58,342 nt of DNA, from positions 1-58,342 of the IMG/VR virus record IMGVR_UViG_3300020021_000012; one strand, 5' to 3'. This document shows positions 36,176-44,769 of this stretch, piece after piece. The notes below the pieces were generated by a model that saw only the letters and a list, made by a program, of their open reading frames with translations, was not told the DNA's origin and ran no database searches. Numbering within the stretch: the stretch's first letter is position 1; every line of letters begins with the position of its first letter. Origin of the DNA: a virus (taxonomy: Duplodnaviria > Caudoviricetes). The position numbers were made by a program, and so were the translations under genes.

Positions 36176-37342
36176 ATGGCTCTCTCTACCGTTCAGACCA
36201 ACAACAAACTGGTGCGTTACCGCACCGAAGTCTATCGCGAATACGTGCGCGAAAACCTGTTCTCGCCCTACATGGGGCGGGAGATGAACTCGATCATCCG
36301 CGTTATCACCGACCTAGACAAGGGCGGCAAGATGGGCGGCGAGCAGATCAACGTGCCGTTGCTCGCCCGTGCGAACGCGGTCGGTGTCGGTTCCGGCACT
36401 CTCGTCGGAAACGAAGAGGCGATCGACGACTACGGCGACCGCAAGTGGATCGACTGGACTCGTAACGCCTTCGCGGTCAAGAAGGCCGACGCCAACAAGT
36501 CGTCCTATGACCTCTTCGCCCAGTTCAAGCCGCTGCTGTCGGATTGGGGCAAGGAGCGTCAACGGGACGAAATCTGCGACGCCTTCTATGCGTTGCCGAC
36601 CGACGCTGTCGCCCCAGCTGGTCTTGGTTCGTCCGCCGGCCAGCGCGTCAACGGCATCCTGTTCGATGCCGCGACCGCGACCCAGCGCAACACCTGGATC
36701 AGCGACAACTCCGATCGCGTCCTGATCGGCTCCAGCAACGCCAACCTGGTTGCCGGAAACTTCGCCTCGTCCATGACCAACATCACGTCCGGCATGACGT
36801 TGTCCGGCGCGCTGGTGCTGCGGATGAAGCGGAGCGCGAAGAAGGCTAACCCGCGTATCCGGCCCTACAAGCTGAAGGAAAACGGGACGGAATGGTTCGT
36901 GCTGTTCGTGGGGCAGGAGCAGTTCCGCGACGCCAGCAACGACACCGACATCAAGACCGCGAACCAGAACAGCCGCGCTCGCGAGAATCAGGGTTATCTG
37001 AAGAACCCGATCTTCGTCGATGGCGACCTGCTCTACAACGGCGTGATCATCCGGGAAATCCCGGAACTCTCCACCCGTCTGCCGGTGTTCTACGCCACCG
37101 CTGGTGCCGGCGGAACGGTGCAGGTTGCGCCCGCGTTCCTGTGCGGCCAGTGCGCCCAGGCGTGGTGCTGGGGCCAGATGCCCGAGCCGACCTTCCGCAA
37201 GGAGGACGACTACGGGTTCATCCGTGGCGTCGGTATCGAGATGGCCTACGGCATCGGCAAGATCGCCAAGAAGAGCATCGCCGGGAAGCTCCAGGAATTC
37301 GGTATCTACACCGGATTCTTCGCCGCGGTCGCGGACGCCTAA
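36176..37342 (+). CDS. Major capsid protein (N4-gp56/DUF4043-like)
   Basis: LFSPYMG, LVGNEE, LLSDW, NPIF..GDLLYNGVIIRE, DDYGF..GV. Confidence 0.9.
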   Translation: MALSTVQTNNKLVRYRTEVYREYVRENLFSPYMGREMNSIIRVITDLDKGGKMGGEQINVPLLARANAVGVGSGTLVGNEEAIDDYGDRKWIDWTRNAFAVKKADANKSSYDLFAQFKPLLSDWGKERQRDEICDAFYALPTDAVAPAGLGSSAGQRVNGILFDAATATQRNTWISDNSDRVLIGSSNANLVAGNFASSMTNITSGMTLSGALVLRMKRSAKKANPRIRPYKLKENGTEWFVLFVGQEQFRDASNDTDIKTANQNSRARENQGYLKNPIFVDGDLLYNGVIIREIPELSTRLPVFYATAGAGGTVQVAPAFLCGQCAQAWCWGQMPEPTFRKEDDYGFIRGVGIEMAYGIGKIAKKSIAGKLQEFGIYTGFFAAVADA

Positions 37343-37358
37343 GCCCTAATCGGCTGAG

Positions 37359-37395
37359 AGCGCGCGGCGATCCCCGTCGCGCGCTTCCCCCTTTT
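37359..37395 (+). terminator. Intrinsic terminator-like hairpin after capsid gene
   Basis: AGCGCGCGGCG-loop-CGTCGCGCGCT followed by a pyrimidine run. Confidence 0.6.
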
Positions 37396-37426
37396 CACTT
37401 CTCATCGGCCGAAGGAGGCCAGAACC

Positions 37427-37951
37427 ATGCACACTCTCATCAAGCGTTCCGTCCTGGCGGGGCTCATCATCGCGGCAGGCATCGCGTTTGCCGTCAAGGG
37501 TCCGGCCATCGCGCTCGACGTCGACCAGACCCGTACCGTGCCGGCTCGGCAATTCACCAGTCAGCAAACCAGCTACTACCGGATCACGGTCAACTTCAAC
37601 GATCCGCGTATCTCGACCGCCCAGAAGTTCGGGCGCTTGCTCAGGAACACGTTCATCGGTGGCGTCGCATGCCACGTTATGACGGCGTTCAATGCCGCGA
37701 CCACCAACGTGTTCACCATCGGCACCACCTTGGCCAGCGCAAACGAGATCATCGACGCCGCGACCTCCACCAAGTCGATCGATGAAAGCTCAGCGACGTA
37801 CCAGACCATCACCCAAGCAGGATCGCTCGGGGTATCGGTCACGTCTGCGGCCGACGTCGATCTCTACGTAAAGTACACGCAGACCGGCGCCGCAGCGACT
37901 GCCGGCAAGGTGACCTGCCAGATCGCGTTTTTCCCCGACAACGATATGTGA
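37427..37951 (+). CDS. Capsid decoration/cement-like protein carrying a signal peptide
   Basis: Directly after the capsid gene; TAFNA.T...IGT and AATAGK motifs; signal MHTLIKRSVLAGLIIAAGIAFA...AIA|L; 2 Cys. Confidence 0.7.
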   Translation: MHTLIKRSVLAGLIIAAGIAFAVKGPAIALDVDQTRTVPARQFTSQQTSYYRITVNFNDPRISTAQKFGRLLRNTFIGGVACHVMTAFNAATTNVFTIGTTLASANEIIDAATSTKSIDESSATYQTITQAGSLGVSVTSAADVDLYVKYTQTGAAATAGKVTCQIAFFPDNDM

Positions 37952-38001
37952 GGCCAAGCGGGGCGGCGGGCAACTGCCGCCCTTCAACATTGGAGACGTT
38001 C

Positions 38002-38451
38002 ATGCCGCCGCGAGCCAAAGTCGAAGAGTCTGATAAGGCGCCGGAGAAAGTCTCCGAGCAGATCACCTATCTGCCGGGCCCGGAAGACCCGATCATAACG
38101 ACGTGGATGAAACACGTTTTCCACGGCCACATTCCGAAGACCGTGACCAATTCCGAATTGATCGAGAAGGCCCGTCTCAACAAGTCGTTCAAGGTCGGCG
38201 ACTTCAATCCTCATACCGACGCCAAGACCAAGATCGAGCCGACGCCGGTTCCGAAAACCTCCGATCAGTACAAGGTGTGGGCGCTGGCCTGGACAAAGAA
38301 ATGCGAGTCCGCCGATGCCCTCGATATGCGCTGGGCCGAGGAGGAAAACCTTCGCCGCGAATGCGATGTCGGCGAGGAGGAACTTGACTACCTGCGCAGC
38401 GTGATCGGGCCGATGCGAGCCGAGTTGTTGAAGAAAGATCGCCCTACGTGA
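38002..38451 (+). CDS. Hypothetical structural-region protein
   Basis: Start re-called at MPPRAK with GGAG RBS. Confidence 0.7.
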   Translation: MPPRAKVEESDKAPEKVSEQITYLPGPEDPIITTWMKHVFHGHIPKTVTNSELIEKARLNKSFKVGDFNPHTDAKTKIEPTPVPKTSDQYKVWALAWTKKCESADALDMRWAEEENLRRECDVGEEELDYLRSVIGPMRAELLKKDRPT

Positions 38452-38549
38452 CCCCTGCGGGGGCCGCTTTCGACTCCTTCCTGCGGAATACGGTCGCCGA
38501 TCTAGCAGTCTCGCCGTCGCCACTGGCGCAAAGAATTGGAGCTGAGAAC

Positions 38550-38810
38550 ATGCCGGAAGTCGGCGGCAAGAAGCTGGCAACGGAGTTCGGCGGCATGCTA
38601 GCGGGCGTGCGCAAGATGGTCGATGAGGCCAAGCTTGGGATTGCCGCGGCCGTCACGGAATTGGTGACCGAGGTAAAGTCTGGCAAGCAGGTCGAGACCG
38701 CGCTGCGTGCCGAGGCCGCTGAGGTCCGCAAGGCGTTCGGCGAGGTTCTGGGCAACGCGCCGCCGGAGATGGTCGAGGTCGACGCGACGAAGACCGAGTC
38801 GCAGCCATGA
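38550..38810 (+). CDS. Hypothetical protein
   Basis: Start re-called at MPEVGG; ATGA-coupled. Confidence 0.6.
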   Translation: MPEVGGKKLATEFGGMLAGVRKMVDEAKLGIAAAVTELVTEVKSGKQVETALRAEAAEVRKAFGEVLGNAPPEMVEVDATKTESQP

Positions 38811-39163
38811 GCACCCGCTCCCGCGCCGACCTCGTTACCAAGATCCTCGAGAAGCTCGGCGTTGTCCCGGAAGGCCAGACGCCCGAGGTCGAGGACACCG
38901 CGCGGGTCGATCGCAACCTGCCGTCGCTGCTGGTGCAGTTGATGGCCGAGGAGATCATCTACGTCCCAGACATCGAGAATATCCCGGAGCAGTGGTTCCT
39001 CTCGCTGGGCAAGATCGGTGCCTGGGAGATGCGAAACGAATTCGGCGTGACCGGTGAATTCGAGATGACATTGAAGAACGGCTACGACGAGGCAGTGCGG
39101 GCGCTGAAGGTGATGACAAGGGGCCGTCCGACATTTGAGCCGTTGCGGACCTATTCGTTCTGA
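38807..39163 (+). CDS. Head-tail adaptor (P22 gp4-like)
   Basis: DLV..ILEKLGV..EGQTP..ED; helical, 118 aa; position. Confidence 0.7.
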   Translation: MSTRSRADLVTKILEKLGVVPEGQTPEVEDTARVDRNLPSLLVQLMAEEIIYVPDIENIPEQWFLSLGKIGAWEMRNEFGVTGEFEMTLKNGYDEAVRALKVMTRGRPTFEPLRTYSF

Positions 39164-39212
39164 GAATCCGCGCCGGACGGCATCCGGCATATCCCGAAGA
39201 GGAAGAACCACC

Positions 39213-39518
39213 ATGTCGCGAGATGAGAAGGCTATCGAGGAAGAGATTCAGCGCAAAGGCCTCAATGCGCCCAGGCTCAACCCGAAGATGATCGACGACA
39301 CGATCTTGTCGGAGGCGTTCTACGTGTTCCCCGGCACGACCATGACCATCTGTGCTCTGACGTTGCAGAATGGCTACATCGTCACGGGGGAAAGCGCCGC
39401 AGCCTCGCCCGAGAACTTCGATCGCGAGATTGGGCGCAAGATCGCACGCGACACCGCGCGCAACAAAATCTGGGCGCTGGAGGGCTATCTGCTCCGGTCA
39501 AAACTCGCCGCTGCGTAG
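39213..39518 (+). CDS. Gp49-family phage protein
   Basis: TICALTLQNGY.VTGESA..SPENFD.EIG.KIA...KIW.LEGYLL. Confidence 0.85.
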   Translation: MSRDEKAIEEEIQRKGLNAPRLNPKMIDDTILSEAFYVFPGTTMTICALTLQNGYIVTGESAAASPENFDREIGRKIARDTARNKIWALEGYLLRSKLAAA

Positions 39519-39521
39519 TCG

Positions 39522-40967
39522 ATGCCGGCCACTGTTCCGATCCCATGGCCGACCTCATCGGCCCCCGGCGCTCATCCGCAGGAGTCGGGTGGGCGTCTCA
39601 TCAACTGCGCGGCCGAGCCATTGGGCGACGCGTCTCCGGTCAAGGTTGTGTGGCGCCGGCAGCCCGGTCTTTCCGTCTTCACCGATCTGCTGTTGACGAA
39701 CTACCGCGGCGCCATCCTGGTCAACAACCTGCTGTATGTCGCAGTCGGCGGCAAGATCGTCACCGTGGACTCGGCTGGTGTGGTGAACGTCGCCGGGAAC
39801 CTGCCCGGCACCGCCAAGGTTACGTTCGCGCGCAACAATGCGGCAACGCCGGACATTCAGTGCGTCTCCCCCGGTGATGGCGCATTCGCGGTGACTGCAG
39901 TCAGCGTGACGGCGTTCACAGGCGGAGGCAATCTTCCGGCCCCCACGGCCGTCTGCGGCATGGACGGCTACTTCTTCTGGCTGATCGGTGACAACAGAAT
40001 CTTTGCGGCGGGCCCGAACTCGACCACCGTGAACTCGCTCACCTTCGTCACCATGCAGTCGCGCCCGGTCGGCAATGCGTTGCGGGTGGTGCCGTATCAG
40101 GGCTACCTCTTCGCCTTCGCCACCAAGTTCATCGAGGTCTATTCCAACACCGCCAACGCCTTCCCGGCGTTCCCGTTCACCCGGCAGACCGTGATCGATT
40201 TTGGGCTGTTCGGGCGCAACGCCATCGCGGGATGGGAAGACGGCTTCGGACAACTGGCATGGGTGGCGGATGACTTCGGCACTTACATGCTCAACGGTAC
40301 GGCGCCGACCAAGATATCGCCGCCTGATCTCGATCGTCTGGTTGAGGCACTCGGCGACGCCAATGCCGATCTGCTGGAGGCCTCAGTCTATCACGTTGGC
40401 GGCAAGAGCTTCTTCGTGCTGTCGTGCCCGTCCTGGACATGGGAATTCAACATCAACTCCCAGAAATGGAACGAGCGCGACAGCTTCAATGCCGGCCTAT
40501 ACCAACGCTGGCGGGCGACCCTGAGCGTGAACGCATTCGGCAAATGGCTAACCGGTGACCAGCAGTCCAGCAAGCTTCTCTACGTCGACCCGACCACGTT
40601 TCAGGACGTCGGCTCGCCGATGCGGATGCGGATGGAGAGCGCGGCGGTAACCACGTTCCCCAACCGGTCGCAGATTTCTCGGGCCGATTTCAACTGGATT
40701 ACCGGAGTCGGCATCTCGTCATCCAACACGCAGACCGGCAACGATCCGCAGGTGTCCATCGCATGCTCGCGGGATGACGGCACGAGCTGGGACAATCCCC
40801 GGCTTCGCAAGCTCGGCAAGACTGCCGCCGGCCGTAGTGTCTACGTCACCAATTGCGGGATGTCTGGCGCCGCGGCGCAGGGTCCGAGATTCCGTCAGGA
40901 TATCACCGACGAGGTCTACGGTGCGTTCATGGGCGCGACGATGTCCTCCGATCCGAGGGCGCAGTAG
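39522..40967 (+). CDS. Tail hub / DNA stabilization protein (P22 gp10-like)
   Basis: RLINC.AE, DGYF, ISPP.LDR, DPQV....SRDDG.SW. Confidence 0.8.
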   Translation: MPATVPIPWPTSSAPGAHPQESGGRLINCAAEPLGDASPVKVVWRRQPGLSVFTDLLLTNYRGAILVNNLLYVAVGGKIVTVDSAGVVNVAGNLPGTAKVTFARNNAATPDIQCVSPGDGAFAVTAVSVTAFTGGGNLPAPTAVCGMDGYFFWLIGDNRIFAAGPNSTTVNSLTFVTMQSRPVGNALRVVPYQGYLFAFATKFIEVYSNTANAFPAFPFTRQTVIDFGLFGRNAIAGWEDGFGQLAWVADDFGTYMLNGTAPTKISPPDLDRLVEALGDANADLLEASVYHVGGKSFFVLSCPSWTWEFNINSQKWNERDSFNAGLYQRWRATLSVNAFGKWLTGDQQSSKLLYVDPTTFQDVGSPMRMRMESAAVTTFPNRSQISRADFNWITGVGISSSNTQTGNDPQVSIACSRDDGTSWDNPRLRKLGKTAAGRSVYVTNCGMSGAAAQGPRFRQDITDEVYGAFMGATMSSDPRAQ

Positions 40968-41417
40968 GTGGCTCTCCAGCCGTTGCCCGACAGAAAGCTG
41001 CCGGTCGGTTTCGCCAACAGCGCCCCGCAGAACTACTACGCCGACTACTGGCAATCGCTCGACGCCAACACGAGGGCCTTGCTGGCAAGCGTCGGCGGCC
41101 TTCCGTCATCGAGCCAGTTGCTCGGCATCAATCCGCAGACCGCAAGCTATGTGCTGGTGCTCGGGGATGCCGGCTTCACGATCGAGATGAACGTGGCCGG
41201 CGCGAATACGTTGACGTTCCCGCCCGGTGTTTTCCCAGTCAAGACCTTCATCAACTTCGTTCAGGTCGGCGCCGGCCAGACGACGCTGACCCCGGGACTT
41301 GGCGTCACGCTGCATGGTGTCGGCGGGGCGCTGAAAACCGCAGGGCAGTGGGCGATGGGCACGGCCTACCAGCGCGCGACGGACGAGTGGGTGGCAGGAG
41401 GCCGGTTGACCGTATGA
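40968..41417 (+). CDS. Tail needle/fibre-like protein
   Basis: QTASYVLVLGDAG...Q.GAGQ.T...W...G.L beta-domain pattern. Confidence 0.6.
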   Translation: MALQPLPDRKLPVGFANSAPQNYYADYWQSLDANTRALLASVGGLPSSSQLLGINPQTASYVLVLGDAGFTIEMNVAGANTLTFPPGVFPVKTFINFVQVGAGQTTLTPGLGVTLHGVGGALKTAGQWAMGTAYQRATDEWVAGGRLTV

Positions 41418-42034
41418 CGTTCCTGCCGGGGTTTCTGGGCAGCCCGAAGGCCTCGGTCTCGAAGACTGACAGCGGCGTCACCAACGGTGCGACGTATCAG
41501 TTTGGCCCCGCAGCGGCCGGGCGCGTCATCGCCGCCGCCATCTCGGTAGCCGCAGCCGGCGGCAACAGCATAACCGGAGTTTTGCTCGGCGGAACAGCGG
41601 CGGTGCTAATCGCCCGCGTGACATTCACTGCCGGGGACACGGCGGAAATCTGGGCGGCGGTCGTGCCGGCAGGCAGCAGCGGCGCGGTTGCCGCGACGGT
41701 ATCCGGAGCGCTCTCGGCGTTCGGCGTCACGGTCTATGCGATCCTAAACCCCAATGGTGTGGCGGCGTCAAATACTGCGGTCTCGGCAACGAGTTCGGTA
41801 AATCTCAGTGTCCCGCAGGATGGCGTCGCCATCGCGGTATCAACCAACGTGCGTGCCGGCGGATCGAGCTTCACCTGGTCGGGGCTCGCGGAAGACACCG
41901 ATTTCGCCATTGCTACGTCGGCGCAATCGTCGGCCGCCTCGGGAAGCGTTTCGGCCGCTCAGAACGTGACTGTCACAGCGACGCCATCGGCATCGACTGC
42001 GCAAGGCATCGTCGCCGCGTCTTGGTCTCCATAG
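41414..42034 (+). CDS. Ala/Ser/Thr-rich beta-sandwich tail-associated protein
   Basis: Start re-called at MTFLPG, ATGA-coupled. Confidence 0.7.
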   Translation: MTFLPGFLGSPKASVSKTDSGVTNGATYQFGPAAAGRVIAAAISVAAAGGNSITGVLLGGTAAVLIARVTFTAGDTAEIWAAVVPAGSSGAVAATVSGALSAFGVTVYAILNPNGVAASNTAVSATSSVNLSVPQDGVAIAVSTNVRAGGSSFTWSGLAEDTDFAIATSAQSSAASGSVSAAQNVTVTATPSASTAQGIVAASWSP

Positions 42035-42046
42035 GAGGGCCGTGTC

Positions 42047-42925
42047 ATCGGAATCTTCGACAATATTACCGGCTTCTTCGATGGATCGACCGCTCAAACG
42101 GCGGCGAACCAGCAGGTTTCAGGCTTGCAGCAGGGCTACAATCAGGCCTCCGGTCTTCTCGACCAGGGCCGCGGCGCCCTCACGACCAATTTCACCAACG
42201 CGCTGCAGCCGCTCCAGCAGAACTACAATCAGGCTCAGGGCGGCGTCACGGCCTATGGTAATGCGATGGGGCTGAATGGCCCGGCTGGTAATGCTGCTGC
42301 GACGGCGGCTTTCCAGAACAATCCCGGCTATCAGTACCAACTCCAGCAGGGCACCGAGAACGAACTGCGCAATCAGTCGCGTACTGGCGCGGTGAACTCC
42401 GGGCAGACGCAGGTTGATCTCCAGAACATCGGCCAGGGCGTAGCCAATCAGGGCTACAACCAGTATATCCAGAACCTGCAGCCGTTCCTCGGTCAGGCCA
42501 GCACCGCTGCCTCGGGCATCGCGGGTGTCGATACCGGCCTCGGTACGGGGCTCGCGAACAGCTACGGCAACCAAGCTGGCCTCGCACAGACCACACAAAC
42601 CGGCATCGGCAACGCGAACGCTAATGCGACGTTGGCGCAGAACTCGGGCGTGGCTAACCTGCTCAATCTCGGCATGAACGGAGCGAAGTTGGCGACCATG
42701 TCGGATCGCCGATTGAAGGAGGATATCTCGCCGATCGGCGAGACCTTCGACGGGCAGAACATCTACAGCTATCGCTATAAGGGTGACGATGTTCCCCGCA
42801 TCGGCCTCATGGCGCAGGAGGTCGAAGAGCGCTATCCCGACGCCGTGTTTGAGATCGGGGGCTTCAAGGCCGTCGACTACGGCAAGGCAACCCGCTTCGC
42901 GTCCCGGCTGTCGGAGTTCGTCTAA
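42047..42925 (+). CDS. Ejection (DNA transfer) protein with C-terminal S74-like chaperone domain; probable ATC start
   Basis: Q/N/G-rich, NNPGYQYQ, SDRRLKEDI...GLMAQEV...VDY; GGAGGG RBS 7 nt before an in-frame ATC. Confidence 0.75.
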   Translation: MGIFDNITGFFDGSTAQTAANQQVSGLQQGYNQASGLLDQGRGALTTNFTNALQPLQQNYNQAQGGVTAYGNAMGLNGPAGNAAATAAFQNNPGYQYQLQQGTENELRNQSRTGAVNSGQTQVDLQNIGQGVANQGYNQYIQNLQPFLGQASTAASGIAGVDTGLGTGLANSYGNQAGLAQTTQTGIGNANANATLAQNSGVANLLNLGMNGAKLATMSDRRLKEDISPIGETFDGQNIYSYRYKGDDVPRIGLMAQEVEERYPDAVFEIGGFKAVDYGKATRFASRLSEFV

Positions 42926-44769
42926 TGCCCGGGTGGGATTCCGGCGTCAACACTCCTTCGGCGCCCTCGTATAACTCGCCACTGATCGACTTTTCGACGT
43001 TGGGGAATCTTGCCCAGGACTACGCCCAAGGCCAGCAGAACCGGTTCGCCGAAGGCCAGCGCCAGCGCGAATTGATGCTGCAACAGCCGATCGACGCCAA
43101 GGACCCCCAGGCGGTGGCGGCCGAGCTGATGCGGCGCGGCGGTGCGCCCTATGCCGCCGGATTGATGCCGTTCCTGCAGTCGCAGCAGCCTGGCCAGGTT
43201 TCCCCGCTATTGGGCGGGCCTGGAGGCGGGCAGGGCGTGTCCGCGGGCGGCGGCCAGCAACAGCCGGCAAGCCTTCCCGCGCCTCCCCAGGCCAGCAGCA
43301 TGGCCTCACAGCCGGCGCCCATGGCCGTTTCTCCAGCCCAGCAGGGGCCCGGTGGCGGCTATGGCGGCGGCGACAACGGCGTCAACACGGTCGCGGCTGT
43401 GGTCGGCACCAAACTCCCGGCCGATTCCCCGAAAACCGGCGTCATCATCGGCAACGTGGCCAAAATCCTCGGCGTCGATCCGAACGCCCCGATGAGCCCG
43501 GAGCAGCAGCAGCGCGCAACCCGTCTGGTCGATGCCTATGCGGCACGGACGGCGAGCGGTGGCGAGGCTACGCCGGTGCCGATGGGCGATGACGTGAAGA
43601 TTCCGCCGTCTGCTGGTGGCGGCAATGCGCGGGTTGCCGATGCATTCGCAGGGCTCGGGCCGCAGGGTGGCCAGCCGCCCGCACAGGCCGCCCCACAGCC
43701 CGCCCAAGGGGCGCCGCAGCCTGTGCAAGCGCAGCCCCGGCCGCAGGCCCAACCGCAGCCACAGCAGGCCAAGCCGGCACCTGAGCCTGAGCCTACACCG
43801 CTGCCGCCAATTCCCGGCATTAGCTTGCCGACCGGCTTCAAGCCAGGGCAGGAGGCGGAGGCAGTCCAAGCGCTGCGGAGCGAGGAGGCCAGACTATCCG
43901 GTAGCCCAAATCCCGCAAATCAGCGGCTTGCCCGCCTCGCGGGCGCCAGGGCCGATCATATTGAAGACGCGATGAAGCCGCGCGTTGTCGCCGGGCAAGT
44001 CGTCGGGCCGCGGGGCGAAGTAATTTACGGCGCGCAAAACACGTTGTCTCCTGATGCGCTGCAGGCGGCGGCGTCGGGGTTCCGACAAACCGGCAAGATG
44101 CCGCCGAATATCGGCCGTGGCCTCCAAGGCAATGCCGAGCGCGTCGCAGTCCAGAACGAAGCGGCCCGGCAAGAGGTGGAGGCCGGCGGCGATCCGGCTG
44201 AATGGCCACAACGCTGGCAGGCCTATGGTACTCATGCCGCGGGCTTGCGCGTGCTCGAGGCCCGCGCCGCCAACATGACCTTGGTCGAGTCGGAGACCAA
44301 GACGTTGATTCCGCGGGTGCGTGAAGCTTCCAAGAAGGTATCGCGCACCGAATATCCCGATTTGAATTCGATCATCTTGGCGGCGAAGGAAAAGACCGGA
44401 AATCAGGACGTGATCAAGTTCGGCATCGCAGCCGAATCTCTCATCCCGGTTTATGCGCGTCTGCTCAAGCCTACCGGCCAGATCGGCGTTACCGATACGC
44501 AGAACGCCCGCCATATCCTGAACAAGGCCTGGAGTGACGGTCAGATCAACGCTGCGCTGGATCAGATGGAAGTCGAACGATCGGCCGCCAAGGACGCGCT
44601 TGAAGATGCGCGGTCCAGTTTCGGTCTCGCAAAACCGTCAAGCGGTAAGAAGACGGCGGAACCGGAGCCCGCCCCTGCCGCTGCGGCATCGCCCGCGCCC
44701 GTCGGCAAGCCCGACAAGGACGGTTGGGTGACCCTGCCGAGCGGTGTTCGCATCCGTGAGAAGCAATAA
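42925..44769 (+). CDS. Ejection/internal virion protein
   Basis: 614 aa Q/P/A-rich; position after tail hub. Confidence 0.65.
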   Translation: MPGWDSGVNTPSAPSYNSPLIDFSTLGNLAQDYAQGQQNRFAEGQRQRELMLQQPIDAKDPQAVAAELMRRGGAPYAAGLMPFLQSQQPGQVSPLLGGPGGGQGVSAGGGQQQPASLPAPPQASSMASQPAPMAVSPAQQGPGGGYGGGDNGVNTVAAVVGTKLPADSPKTGVIIGNVAKILGVDPNAPMSPEQQQRATRLVDAYAARTASGGEATPVPMGDDVKIPPSAGGGNARVADAFAGLGPQGGQPPAQAAPQPAQGAPQPVQAQPRPQAQPQPQQAKPAPEPEPTPLPPIPGISLPTGFKPGQEAEAVQALRSEEARLSGSPNPANQRLARLAGARADHIEDAMKPRVVAGQVVGPRGEVIYGAQNTLSPDALQAAASGFRQTGKMPPNIGRGLQGNAERVAVQNEAARQEVEAGGDPAEWPQRWQAYGTHAAGLRVLEARAANMTLVESETKTLIPRVREASKKVSRTEYPDLNSIILAAKEKTGNQDVIKFGIAAESLIPVYARLLKPTGQIGVTDTQNARHILNKAWSDGQINAALDQMEVERSAAKDALEDARSSFGLAKPSSGKKTAEPEPAPAAAASPAPVGKPDKDGWVTLPSGVRIREKQ

